Shown here one piece after another: positions 43,120-55,521 of a stretch of 64,000 nt of DNA; position 1 is the first letter of the stretch, and each line of letters starts with the position of its first letter. The DNA comes from Macrostomum lignano. Taxonomy: Eukaryota. The notes beneath the pieces are model-generated. The model was not told the origin of the DNA. It ran no database searches and saw nothing but the letters and a program-made list of their open reading frames with translations. The translations under genes were made by a program, and so were the position numbers. The stretch lies in contig NIVC01002151.1 of assembly GCA_002269645.1 (NCBI GenBank), positions 136,085-200,084 on the forward strand, read 5' to 3'.

Positions 43120-46100
43120 ATGGCCACTGCCACCACGGCCGCTTCTGCTTCAACGAAGCTGCTCACGACTGCGGCTGCGGCAACGACGACAGCTGCGACA
43201 GCCGCGGCAGCCGCCAACGGAACTCGCTCGTCGCTGGCGGGCCCGCTGGCCTGCACCGGCCAGCGCAAGTGGTACATCTTCCTGGCCAGCAGCGGCATCG
43301 TGCTCCTTGGCGGCGTCCTGTTCGTCCTTGTCTACCGCCTGCTGTCGCACCTGGCCGGCAAGATCGGGGCCGGCAGGGCCGGCGCCGCCGGCAAGCAGCC
43401 GGAGAACAAGGAGAAAACGGATGACAGCGGAGACGAGGATGAGGCCGACGAGTCAACCGAAGAGGAAGTCGAAGTCGGCTGGCTGACGGAGGCCAAGGAC
43501 TGGGCGGGCGAGCTGATCTCCGGCCAGACCACCACAGGCCGCATCCTGGTGGTGCTGGTGTTCCTGATCAGCATCGCCTCCCTCATGGTGTACATCATCG
43601 ACACGGCCAGCATGAAGCAGACCGAGGAGTGCATCCGCTGGTCGGACAGCCTGTCCCAGCAAATCGATCTCGCCTTCAATGTCATCTTCCTGATCTACTT
43701 CTTCATCCGGTTCATCGCCGCCCAGGACAAGCTGCTGTTCTGGTTCGAGATGTACAGCCTGGTGGACATCCTGACCATACCGCCGTCGTTTGTCTCAATC
43801 TACCTGAACCGCAACTGGATCGGGCTGCGCTCGACTCGAGCTCTGCGCATCCTCAGCCTGCCGGACGTGCTGCAGTACCTGAACATTCTGAAGACCAGCA
43901 CGAGCATCCGGCTGTTCCAACTCATGACATTCTTCGCCTCCCTGGTGCTCACCGCGGCCGGCTTCGTGCACCTGATTGAGAACTCGGGCGACCCGCCGTC
44001 ATTCACCAATCCGAACATCAGCTTCAACATGACCTATCCGACCTGCATCTATTTTGTTATCGTGACAATGTCGACTGTGGGCTACGGCGACATCTATTGC
44101 ACCACGAGCACCGGCCGGCTGTTCTCCGCCCTGGTGATCATGGGCGGTCTGGCCGTGTTCGCCAACTCCATCCCGGAGATCGCAGACATTCTCAGCTCGC
44201 GCAACAAGTACGGCGGCTACTACCGCAAGGAGGCCGGCAAGCAGCACATCGTGCTGTGCGGCCACATCACCTACGAGTCCGTGGCCAACTTCCTCGGCGA
44301 CTTCCTGCACGAGGACCGCGAAGATGTTGACGTCCAGATTGTGATTCTGGACAAGCACGTGCCCGACCTGGAGCTGCAGGGCCTGTTCAAGCGTCACTTC
44401 ACCCAGGTGGAGTTCTTCCAGGGCTCCGTGATGAACTCCAAGGACCTGTCCCGGGTGGGCCTGGAGACGGCGGACGCTTGCCTGGTGCTGGCCAACAAGT
44501 ACTGCCCCGACCCGGATGCTGAGGATGCGGCCAACATCATGCGCGTGATCTCCATCAAGAACTTCTACGAGCGGATCAAGGTGATCATCCAGCTGATGCA
44601 GTACCACAACAAGACTTACCTGCTGAACATCCCCAGCTGGGACTGGAAGCAGGGCGATGATGCCGTCTGCATCGCCGAGCTGAAGCTGGGCTTCCTGGCG
44701 CAGAGCTGCCTGGCGTTCGGCTTCTCCACCCTGCTGGCCAACCTATTCACCATGCGCAGCTACAAGGACGACAAGGCCATGCCGAAGTGGCTCAACAACT
44801 ACCTGGAGGGCGCCGGCATGGAGATGTACACCGAGTACCTGTCGCCGGCGTTCGAAGGCCTGACGTTTCCCATGGCGGCTGAGCTCTGCTTCACCAGGCT
44901 GAACCTGCTGCTCATTGCTGTAGAGGCCAAGAACGACCAGGGCACGGAGAGCTGCATCGCCATCAACCCCAAGGAGAACATCCGCATCGAGCAGGGCACG
45001 CAGGGCTTCTTCATCGCCCAAGCGGCCGAGGAGGTCAAGAAGGCGTTTTTCTTCTGCAAACGCTGCCACGGCGACGTCGAAGACTCGCGTCTGATAAAGA
45101 AGTGCCGCTGCAAAACTTCTGTGGCGATAACGGCCAAGTCAAAGTCGCAATCAAAGCAAAAGCAACTGCAACAACAGCAGCAGCAAAAGCAGCAGCATCA
45201 GCAGCAGGCAGCAAATCCCAGGAGCAGAAATCACCCGGGCCAGGGCCAGAACTCGCTACCGGTTGCTACGGGCGGCTTGGGCGACGGAGGCGGCGCGAGT
45301 CCTGGCCGGCACCTGCAGCTGCCGGGATCGGCTCCGGAGCCGGGGGACATCAGCCACAGCAGCCGGCACGGCAAGCTCTCTGTGGCGCACACCAACCCGA
45401 TCTCGCTGCAGAAGCTGCACGATCAGATGGACCGCAAGTTCGACTCCACTGGAATGTTCCACTGGTGTCCAGATGTGAACTTCGAGGACGCGATTCTGGA
45501 CCGCGAGCAGGTCACGGCGACGGTGTACTCTAACCACATCGTCGTCTGCCTGTTCGCCGACGCTGGCAGCCCGTTGATCGGCCTGCGCAACTTCGTGATG
45601 CCGCTTCGGGCGAGCAACTTTCATTATCACGACCTCAAGCACGTGATCTTCGTAGGCAACGCCGACTACATGCGGCGCGAGTGGAAGACGCTGATGAATT
45701 TTCCCAAGCTGAGCATCTTCCCCGGCTCCCCGCTCAACCGGTCCAACCTGCGCGCGGTCAACATCAACCTGGCCGAGATCTGCGTGGTGCTGAGCTCGAA
45801 GCAGGCTTCGAATCTGGACGACCCGACTCTGGCCGATAAGGAGGCCATTCTGTGCTCGCTGAACATCAAGGCGATGAAGTTCGACACCGAGGCTCCACCG
45901 ACTCAGCAGGTCGCCACCACGCCACCGAGCTCCAATAACAATGTCCGAATCCTGACTGAGCTCTCCATGGACGATAACGTCCAGTTCCTCGAGCAGGACG
46001 ACGACGATGACCCCGACATCGAGCTGTACATGACGCAGCCGTTCGCCTGCGGCACCTCGTTTGCCATCAGCGTGCTCGACTCGCTCATGAGCACGGCCTA

Positions 46101-46605
46101 TTTCAACGAGAATGCGCTGACGCTAATCCGGACGCTCATCACGGGCGGAGCAACGCCTGAGCTTGAGCAGATCCTGGCCGAGGGCGCCGGCATTCGCGGC
46201 GGCTTCAGCACGCCGGAGTCGTTGGCAAACCGGGACAGATCGCGAGTCTCCCAGCTGGCGGTTGACGACGAACGACTTCGAGAATTTGTCACCGGAGCCG
46301 GGGCGGTGTACTCCGACCTGTTTCTGGGCGCTCTGCACCGGTACGGCATCCTCTGCATCGGCCTGTACCGGCTGCTCACCCCGCCGGAAGAGGGCAAGCA
46401 GACGCTCAAGAAGCGCTACATCATCACGAATCCGCCGGCCAAATTCCCGGTGCTGCTGTCGGATAGGGTGGTCTGCCTGCAGCGGTTCACCAACCAGCAC
46501 GAGGGCCGGCACAGCCACGGCAGCGGCGCAGCAAGCGGCGGCCCCGGTGGCTCCTCAATTGGCCGGCCGCCTCCGGGAGGCCTGCAGCACCAGAGATCCG
46601 CATGA
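43120..46605 (+). CDS. slo: Large-conductance Ca2+-activated K+ channel alpha subunit (Slo1/BK), 1161 aa from the first in-frame ATG, single exon
   Basis: S0 [25 protein letters not shown], pore [12 protein letters not shown]1 HIVLCGHIT, heme motif CKRCH, calcium bowl [24 protein letters not shown]; uninterrupted ORF; AATAAA near 46889. Confidence 0.97.
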   Translation: MATATTAASASTKLLTTAAAATTTAATAAAAANGTRSSLAGPLACTGQRKWYIFLASSGIVLLGGVLFVLVYRLLSHLAGKIGAGRAGAAGKQPENKEKTDDSGDEDEADESTEEEVEVGWLTEAKDWAGELISGQTTTGRILVVLVFLISIASLMVYIIDTASMKQTEECIRWSDSLSQQIDLAFNVIFLIYFFIRFIAAQDKLLFWFEMYSLVDILTIPPSFVSIYLNRNWIGLRSTRALRILSLPDVLQYLNILKTSTSIRLFQLMTFFASLVLTAAGFVHLIENSGDPPSFTNPNISFNMTYPTCIYFVIVTMSTVGYGDIYCTTSTGRLFSALVIMGGLAVFANSIPEIADILSSRNKYGGYYRKEAGKQHIVLCGHITYESVANFLGDFLHEDREDVDVQIVILDKHVPDLELQGLFKRHFTQVEFFQGSVMNSKDLSRVGLETADACLVLANKYCPDPDAEDAANIMRVISIKNFYERIKVIIQLMQYHNKTYLLNIPSWDWKQGDDAVCIAELKLGFLAQSCLAFGFSTLLANLFTMRSYKDDKAMPKWLNNYLEGAGMEMYTEYLSPAFEGLTFPMAAELCFTRLNLLLIAVEAKNDQGTESCIAINPKENIRIEQGTQGFFIAQAAEEVKKAFFFCKRCHGDVEDSRLIKKCRCKTSVAITAKSKSQSKQKQLQQQQQQKQQHQQQAANPRSRNHPGQGQNSLPVATGGLGDGGGASPGRHLQLPGSAPEPGDISHSSRHGKLSVAHTNPISLQKLHDQMDRKFDSTGMFHWCPDVNFEDAILDREQVTATVYSNHIVVCLFADAGSPLIGLRNFVMPLRASNFHYHDLKHVIFVGNADYMRREWKTLMNFPKLSIFPGSPLNRSNLRAVNINLAEICVVLSSKQASNLDDPTLADKEAILCSLNIKAMKFDTEAPPTQQVATTPPSSNNNVRILTELSMDDNVQFLEQDDDDDPDIELYMTQPFACGTSFAISVLDSLMSTAYFNENALTLIRTLITGGATPELEQILAEGAGIRGGFSTPESLANRDRSRVSQLAVDDERLREFVTGAGAVYSDLFLGALHRYGILCIGLYRLLTPPEEGKQTLKKRYIITNPPAKFPVLLSDRVVCLQRFTNQHEGRHSHGSGAASGGPGGSSIGRPPPGGLQHQRSA

Positions 46606-48004
46606 GCCGTCGTTGCGTTGCCTGCAGTCTGTTTTGTCAACGAACCTGTGCTCTTTTACAGACGAGAACCGCATCGAATGCGCCGGAAACAAACAGAAAT
46701 TTACACGCACTGCAGCTGCAGTAACAGTTGAGCACCCTTGCCTTTCTCTACACTTTAACAGCTTCCCTTCGGATGCGCCCCAACCTTCTCACCGCCGGCG
46801 ATGCGTTCTCTTAACCCGCCATTCAATACCGACAGGTCGTCCGATTGTTTGCCATCAGGTGGGGCCATCGTGTAAAACTTATTCGCGAATAAATAATTTT
46901 TTTTACCTTCTAATGTGCCAGGTGATTTCAGTAGTGTTTTGTACTTCCTCTGGATAAAATCAGGTGACATTCTCAGAATCAGCATAGCCCATCTAACTAA
47001 CGCGTCTTTTATTTATTATTTATTAAAGGCAGGGGGGTTGTGTGCACCCTGGCGCACTTTAAGCGACATAGGCACACAACCGGCGAGAGGCATTACTGCC
47101 CATTCCGCCGACTCCCCTGAGCAGGCATACAAGCGCGCGCGGATACGTACGCAGGCACACACTCACACAGGAGTGTACAGCTGGGCTGCTCTGGGGCGCA
47201 GAAGTCAAGCAACGCTATTTGTGATTAGAACTTCTTCAAGAGCTCTTCAACGCCACTATGGGGCCTAGCCATAGTCAAGAGTCAATTGACGTCAAATCTC
47301 TTCCTTTGATTCTGAGATATCCCGAGTCATTTTAATAACTTGCTCACCTTGCTCACACACATCGACATTTGTCCCCAACATTATTATCAAGCAGTTTTGA
47401 TTTAACATAGCTTCAATTCATCATAGCAAACCTCTACCTGTTCACTAACTTCATTGGAATTAACATAGCCATCAACTTCGATCTCATTGGTTTACAATAA
47501 ATTAATTATCCTTAAGTCCAATAGACTAATCTGATAAACATCTTCTATCTGGCCTGAACCCTCCCAGGTTTTATAATGCCACCTCAGGACCTGTCATATT
47601 GTTTGAACTTTTCTTTTACCAAACCAGACAATTTGACAAGAGCACAAGAAAGAATTGTTGGTTTAATGCTTTATTTTTCTCCGCATGGCAACTCACAAGT
47701 GTCTCACCTTTAGATGTTTTTTGATGATTAACTTGCTGAAGACTTTGTTGCGGCTTCTGTCTGAAGCGTTTTGCTCTATCCCAAATTCCTGCCCAATCTG
47801 AAACCAGTTCGCTTGTGTAACATTAATTAACTTCATTGTGAATTTGTGAATTTGTGCTCTCTGTTTCACTTAACTCTGCCCACCGTTTGGACTCACACCG
47901 ACTCATCGGCAGGTGGCAAACTCTGCAAATACACGAAGTATATTACCAAAAAAATTACCGATTTTAAACTCAGTCTCTTGGATTAACTGTTACAGTAGAG
48001 TTCA

Positions 48005-48345
48005 TCTCACTGTTAGATACGGTTTTGACCATCTGTTACAGCTAATCTCACTGTTAGATACGGGTTAGACCATCTGTTACAGCTAATCTCACTGTTAGAT
48101 ACGGGTTAGACCATCTGTTACACCAGATCTCACTGTTAGATACGGGTTAGACCATCTGTTACAGCAAATCTCACTGTTAGATACGGGTTAGACCATCTGT
48201 TACAGCAGATCTCACTGTTAGATACGGGTTAGACAATCTGTTACAGCAGATCTCACTGTTAGATACGGGTTAGACCATCTGTTACAGCAGATCTCACTGT
48301 TAGATACGGGTTAGACCATCTGTTACAGCAGATCTCACTGTTAGA
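48005..48345. repeat. 41-bp minisatellite
   Basis: CTCACTGTTAGATACGGGTTAGACCATCTGTTACAGCAGAT, period 41. Confidence 0.95.
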
Positions 48346-51218
48346 ATTTTTGGGTTCTCAAGCTAACAAGTACTCAAAAGGCCCAGCATCCTGACCGGTC
48401 TCAAAGTCAAAGAAATTCATCTCAGTTTTAGGATTCGAAGTTAATTAACTAAGGCTGTTTGTGTCTCATCTCAAGATAAGAATTAATCAATCCATTCTGT
48501 TTGAGGGATATCCAACTCAGTTCTGAGTTACTTTGAAGAAAGTGAAGACTGCGTTAGACAAATCAGCAGGAGGAAAACACTGTAAACGCAGTTTACATGC
48601 ATCTGATAGATGGCAAAGAATGAATCTGGGGTCTTCGCGGGGACGAGAGGAAGTTGAGATAGCTAGAGCGGAAAGGATGGGGAATGATAATGCTGGAACA
48701 GGAAAGATGGGAGACGAATGCGTAGCTAAAGAAGACAAGGTGGAGAGGGGCATGAGCAGCTGGTAAGAAGACTCGATGAAGGTAAAGGAAAGAATGCTGT
48801 ACTGTGTGTGGAGCTAGGACCAGAGCGTACAGTTAATGGAGAGAGAAAATGTCCGGACAACTACATGTATTTAGATATAGGTCAAGCCGGAGTTACGAGC
48901 TACCTGTGATTTGCTTTGAAGAAATAGCCATGAAATTCCATCGCGACCAAGTCCTGAGCGGTTCGCTCAACCTGCACATCCGCAAGCTGTCCGCAAGCCG
49001 TCTCCATCGCCAGTGCTGGATCAGAGAGAGCCGATGCGCTGTCACCACCAGCAAACTGTTGAGCTGTGGCCGCCGAGCCGGCCTGAGGCAAGTCAGCTGG
49101 CCGTCAGCGCGGATCCGAAGGTGAAGCGCCACAGCTACGGCTGCTTCCTGCCTGAGATCTGCATTGAAAGCGACGTCGATCTAACGACTGAAGCAGTCGA
49201 TCAGTCGTCGGTCTCAGACTTTGGTGAGGCCAAGGAACTGTTGGAAGATCAGCGCCAGGTGGAGACAACTGGTAGAGACGGCAGACACGAGCAACTCATC
49301 ACTGAGCTGTGAACAAATGGCGTGTACGTCGTACATGCATGCATATATGAAGATGATTTGAATATCTTACGTCGAAGTTACAATGAATTCAACTTTTCTG
49401 GAGCAGAAAGATTGGATAGCTTGTTTCTTAGAAAGTCTGAGAAAGAAAAGCAAAAATACATAGGGCATCCTGTATACATGTGTAGGGGATTGCCTAATAA
49501 AGAGTAGCAAGAAAAGAGTGTTAAGCGTATCTTACAAATGATAGCTCGTACGAGCATTAAGGTTGGCTAACCAGTCTATATATAGGCTTTCGCGATTTGA
49601 ACTCTTTTGAGCACACAGTGTTTGTACTTATAAATCTTAGCTCGTACACTGTCTGACAGAAAGCTCTTATTAGACTCTTTTTAGTCGTATATTTGAGCAC
49701 TTACTTTACAAAAGGCGAAAGAACGTTTTCCTAGCAATCACAGTATAATCTACGTATACACCACGTATAATACTAACTACAAACTAAAAATATAAGGCAT
49801 AAATTGTTAAATCTTTGGCCTGGCTGTCGGGAAACTGATGATTGGTTCGTCTTTGCTAATTTGCTAACTTCTAACTCTTTGTTACGAGCGTATTGCAAGT
49901 TCCTTTTTGGGAATTGCTGGTAGGAAATCCTTATACGAGAAAACTTTTTTCTGCTAAGTCTGTCACTATCGAAACAAGTTCAACGTATAGCATGGTTATG
50001 GATCGAACTGGTAAGTCATCATCATTGCAATTCTATATTTTATTAATGGAATCAAACTCATAATTTGAACTACCTTGACTTAGGTACAACTATATCTAGG
50101 AGCTAAAATGATTTCACGATTTCATGAATTATCACATAACTAGACTTCCGACTCAGAAAGGCTATCACTCAAAAACCTGCTAGTTCGCGCATAGCCACTA
50201 TTAACTGTGTCTAAATATATTATAATATTTCGAAACTCAACCTCTCGTGTCTAATTTGCTCCTCAGGTGGCGCTACCGAGTGATTTTTTGAGGGGGGGGG
50301 TCTCCCCAAAAATGGAAGGCATAGAAGGGGCGTTCTGCGATCTTTTCATTACCGAGACTGCACGCTCGTAACAGCGGACCTGCCTAATCTGCTACGAGAT
50401 CAGGAGCGGGGCTAACCAATATTCTGATGCTTGAGCTGCTGGCAGCTAAGGGCCAAGGCCCCTTTATTTAAGGAGGTTATCTCATTGGTCCCTCCCTTCC
50501 ACCTACGTAAAGCAACAAAGTTATTGGGATTATTTTGGGGCTAATTCGAGTATTGTACTAACTTGATGCCCTTTCCAATCGTCACAACTGATCACCCTTC
50601 CACTGCTTTACTCCGAACAATGTACACTGATGGTGGTTGCTCTAAACTGTGCCTCTTTCACTGCTTTATTCACTCCGAACAATGTACACTGATTGTGGTT
50701 GCTCTAAACCGTGCCCCTTTCACTGCTTTATTCACTCCGAACAATGTACACTGATGGTGGTTGCTCTAAACTGTACCTCTTGCACTGCTTTATTCACTCC
50801 GAACAATGTACACTGATGGTGGTTGCTCTAAACTGTACCTCTTGCACTGCTTTATTCACTCCGAACAATGTACACTGATGGTGGTTGCTCTAAACTGCAC
50901 CTCTTGCACTGCTTTATTCACTCCGAACAATGTACACTGATGGTTGCTCTAAACCAGTGTTGCCACTACAGCAACCAAAGAAATTATCGCAGGATAAGAA
51001 AAAAATCGCAGGAACAAATTTCTTATTTGTCATAGAGAAAAAGGCGCCAGTATGCGAAAACAACTTTCTTTTTTAGCTTTCCATTTCTAATTCCATCTTC
51101 TATTTGACTAAAAAAACTACTACAATTTGCAATAACTGCATGCAACTCTCATTTACGCCGAATCAGTGAAGTAATCATACAACACAAGCATTTTCTTAAG
51201 GGAAGACAGGCATACATA

Positions 51219-51826
51219 CACTCAGCAACAGTCGAAACCGCCACCCCACCGAGAGGCGACCTCTCTCTCACCTCAACTGCAAGTGACGCAACTTGCACCA
51301 CGGCGCGGCCAAAGCTGGGTGAGAGTGAATTCCAGGATGAGAGTACAAAATGGACTGGGGTTGGGGTTGGGAGTGCAACAGTACACGTGACAATGGTCAG
51401 GCATATGACAGACGCTGAACGATGGCGCGCTGTTGGCATGCTAGAAGCTGGTGCATCCATCAGCGCAGTTGCTCGCCAATTTGGCCGATCACATTCAACA
51501 ATTCGAGCGCTGTTAACGAAGTCCCAAGAGACTGGTAGTGTTCAGCACGCAGCCATAGGCAGCCAGCGCCATGATCTCCGCGACTCAACAGCCAGGGCAA
51601 ATCGACGTCTGCTGCGGATTGTCAGGCGAACTCCAACTGCGCCAGCCACCCTGCTCCGTCTAATGTGGGATGAAAGAAGCAGATGGGGTATCCCCTGATT
51701 GCCCTCTCCTGCATTCACTCTCACCCAGCTCCAGCCACGCCGTGGCGCAAGCCACGCCACCCGCAGCCGAGGTGAGAGAGAAGTCGCCTCTCTCGGTAGG
51801 GCGGCGGTTTCGACTGTTGCTGAGTG
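51219..51826 (+). mobile_element. Mini Tc1-like element (608 bp) nested in the hAT element
   Basis: TA|CACTCAGCAACAGTCGAAACC and GGTTTCGACTGTTGCTGAGTG|CA; ~120 bp imperfect inverted arms. Confidence 0.85.
51393..51698 (+). CDS. Tc1-type transposase N-terminal HTH DNA-binding domain only (101 aa)
   Basis: RWRAVGMLEAGASISAVARQFGRSHSTIRALLTKSQETGSV..; no DDE domain; open frame with ATG and stop. Confidence 0.7.
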   Translation: MVRHMTDAERWRAVGMLEAGASISAVARQFGRSHSTIRALLTKSQETGSVQHAAIGSQRHDLRDSTARANRRLLRIVRRTPTAPATLLRLMWDERSRWGIP

Positions 51827-54189
51827 CATAATATAGAATACTGATGTTCATTATGGAACCGACCCGAGCAACCAACTAAAACACAAGACGCTACCTACGA
51901 CCGCTGATGAGTAATAACAATTTTACAACTAAATTTTGTGCTATATTCCAGTTGTCTGAATCTGTTCTCAATTCTATATAGCTGAAATGAATTCTCTTAA
52001 TATTTTAATTGTTGATCAATGTCGGTTACTGTAGGGGAAGAAATACTTTTACGTGAATCTTTGTTTGGCTAGTCAAACGTTAGTCAGGCAAAACTGCAGG
52101 CTCTTCAGTGGATGTTCATTTTTTCTTTGGAACCTTTGGCAGGACAGATTGAGCGCCGAACTCCGGCTGTCTCTTTCGCCGAGCCGTTTCGTCAGCAGCT
52201 TTCTTCAGTGCTCGCTCGACCGCAGCATGCTCAATCTCCTTTCGCCGAGCTTCAAAACCGGAGGCTTGCATAGCCTCACGCTATATTGATGACATTCATG
52301 ACACTTGAATTGAGCACAAAATGAAACACAGTACTTGAAAAAAGTTGAAAAGACTGGTGTCCACAAAAATCGCAGGAAATGAGCAAAATAGACAAAATTA
52401 TCGCTGAGCGATAAAAAATCACAGTGGTGGCAACACTGCTCTAAACTGTACCTCTTGCACTGCTTTCTTCACTCCGAACAATGTACACTGATGGTGGTTG
52501 CTCTAAACCGTGCCCCTTTCACTGCTTTATTCACTCCGAACAATGTACACTGATGGTGGTTGCTCTAAACTGTACCTCTTGCACTGCTTTCTTCACTCCG
52601 AACAATGTACACTGATGGTGGTTGCTCTAAACCGTGCCCCTTTCACTGCTTTATTCACTCCGAACAATGTACACTGATTGTGGTTGCTCTAAACTGTACC
52701 TCTTGCACTGCTTTATCCACTCCGAACAATGTACACTGATTGTGGTTGCTCTAAACTGTACCTCTTGCACTGCTTTATCCACTCCGAACAATGTACACTG
52801 ATGGTGGTTGCTCTAAACCGTACCTCTTGCACTGCTTTATTCACTCCGAACAATGTACACTGATGGTGGTTGCTCTAAACCGTACCTCTTGCACTGCTTT
52901 ATTCACTCCGAACAATGTACACTGATGGTGGTTGCTCTAAACTGTGCCTCTTTCACTGCTTTATTCGCTCCTAACAATGTACACTCATGGTACTATATCG
53001 AGTCAATTTATTATTAAAACTATCGATATTAAAAATGAATTTCAAATTTAGTGCCACATGTGACAAAGCTATTTAGCTATACTGACAACCCGATCAAGAA
53101 CTTTAATCATCGGGTAGCAATATGTATCAGATTAAACATGCCTTTTGAGGGAGTTATTTGTATAAATCACGAGGGCCTGAGGCCCGAGGGATTTATGAAA
53201 ATAACTCCTGAAAAAGGCATGTGTAATCTCCTATAAACCATGGACATAAAGACTTTACGGGATATTATTGAATATTACCAAATAAAATCCCGGAGAACGC
53301 AAATATTGTCACGGAAAGTCTTAATTTCTATGGATTATATTATCTTTACAAATATGACCAAATTTGCTGACAAGATTCACACAAATTAAAAATAATTACA
53401 CTTGTGGAGGAGAATCGGTAGCGCAAGATAAAAATAATTAGCATGACACTTAGCCAAATGATGTCTAAAATAGTTCAAAATATATAGTACAGTAAAAAAC
53501 ACAGACGTCAGATAATGAAAGCACAATATCTAAAAAATACGAACTTCGTAAGCAGTCAACGCACCTGTACACACCTGGATGATATTCAAGTTAGTAGAAA
53601 TTGCAGCATAAGTAGTGTGCAGCGAGTGTGCTTAGGACACGACAATCAAAGAAATGTGAGACCGAATTATAAGAAAACAATTTTTATGCATAATTTACTA
53701 CTATCAGATACATCTAATGTAAAATTATTTTCTTAAAAATAGAAAAGATTAGCATTATACATTATTGGCAATTTAGGTTTCCAATTTAACAATACTGTAT
53801 TTTTTAATATTTGAATGGAAACTGCACAAATTGAATCGCAATTCTGCAATCATGATTTACAGGATAAAAATAGAGATGATAGAATCGGAGTTTTTTTTAT
53901 AAAATTAGTGCGTGACATCAAACAGGAAAGATCACTGAAACAACTAGATAGGTCACTCGCTAAAATTCGCCTATTCATTCTTTTTCATTAGCAAATTTAG
54001 GTTTTCTGCCTTTATTTATAAAATTGTTTTTTATGAAGACATTTAGTTTCTGAAGCTACACTTAAAGCCAGTGCTTTTGCAGAGCGAGCAAGAGAGAAAA
54101 GGGATGGCACCCCGGCCCCCAGCCAGGCTGATAAACAGTTGGACTTTTCTCATGCCCGCTTGTGTCTGACTTTGACATTTTATCATACT

Positions 54190-54860
54190 GCTCTCTCATT
54201 GGCTGAGCTAGATTGGGCCTGCCCCCTAGGCTGAGTGGCGTCCGTCTAACTTTAACCTCTCTCCTGCTCTTTCATTGGCTGAGCTAGATTGGGCCTGCCC
54301 CTAGGCTGAGTTTCGTCCGTCTAACTTCAACCTCTCTCCTGCTCTTTCATTGGCTGGGCTAGATTGGGCCTGCCCCTAGGCTGAGTTTCGTCCGTCTAAC
54401 TTTAACCTCTCTCCTGCTCTTTCATTGGCTGGGCTAGATTGGGCCTGCCCCTAGGCTGAGTTTCGTCCGTCTAACTTCAACCTCTCTCCTGCTCTTTCAT
54501 TGGCTGGGCTAGATTGGGCCTGCCCCTAGGCTGAGTTTCGTCCGTCTAACTTCAACCTCTCTCCTGCTCTTTCATTGGCTGGGCTAGATTGGGCCTGCCC
54601 CTAGGCTGAGTTTCGTCCGTCTAACTTTAACCTCTCTCCTGCTCTTTCATTGGCTGGGCTAGATTGGGCCTGCTCCTAGGCTGAGTTTCGTCCGTCTAAT
54701 TTTGACCTCTCTCCCTAGTGCTCCCTCATTGGCTGGGCTAGATTGGGCTGCTCCCCCTAGGCTGAGTTTCGTCCGTCTAATTTTGACCTCTCTCCCTAGT
54801 GCTCCCTCATTGGCTGGGCTAGATTGGGCTGCTCCCCCTAGGCTGAGTTTCGTCCGTCTT
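54190..54860. repeat. 75-bp minisatellite downstream of spinster
   Basis: TTCATTGG at 54271, 54346 and onward, period 75. Confidence 0.93.
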
Positions 54861-55521
54861 GTGTTCAATTACATCGAATTAAATGCCTGTTGTTCATTCT
54901 CAACCCAATATTCTCGGGCCGCAAACCCAGAGGAAAGAAAAGCCACATAAATTTAAGTGACACTTTTCAGTAGCGCAGAAAAACTACTGAAAAAGAGTAG
55001 ACGCCTACTTTTTCACAACTTTTTAAAGTGACGCATCTAGTTATGTCAGTTTCTGTAAGTAACACCAAGCAAAGGTAATAAATCACAATATACTCGCTTC
55101 ATCCGGGAATCAAACGTTAGATTAAAACATCGATAAATCTTTATACAATAGAGAATGACACAAATAGCTCGTACTAGTAATCTACTAGTGTAGGTCCGCA
55201 GTTCGATGAATCCACAAGCGTTGCGTAGCATTGGTTTCAAGCTAACCTATGGGGTTTGCTTATATGCGAAACTGCGAGCTTGTAAGGCTGGTAATTGTAC
55301 GAGTAATAAAAAAACTATCGGGTTTAGGAAATTTTCCAGCTTGTAATCTTGTCCGAATTTTTTGTCATTTCCAGCTTATGTAATTTTGAACCCGCCCTTT
55401 CGAGAGTTTTTTTTCGTAATTTCAAAGTTATGTCATTTTGAACTTGTGTCATTTTTATATTTGTCATTTTGTCGAACTCTACATTTTTTGGAGCCTGTGC
55501 ACCCCACCGACCCCAGCCAAA

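Larger units (their letters stand above)
50955..52438. mobile_element. Non-autonomous hAT element (1484 bp)
   Basis: TIR CAGTGTTGCCAC / GTGGCAACACTG; perfect 8-bp TSD CTCTAAAC; subterminal ATCGCAGGA motifs. Confidence 0.92.
50600..52985. repeat. 62-bp minisatellite split by a hAT insertion (50600-50954 and 52439-52985)
   Basis: TCCGAACAATGTACACTGATGGTGGTTGCTCTAAAC.., period 62 on both sides. Confidence 0.93.

Noticed and set aside
43113-46957. Overlapping antisense and alternate-frame ORFs over slo
   Set aside because: Expected shadows of GC3-rich coding sequence; no recognisable motifs
53160-53200. Palindrome ATAAATC..GGGCC-TGA-GGCCC..GATTTAT as a terminator or regulatory site
   Set aside because: Probably part of an interspersed repeat; boundaries and function cannot be supported
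54190-54860. CCAAT-box enhancer array
   Set aside because: ATTGG occurs in each 75-bp unit, but nothing in the sequence links it to a promoter
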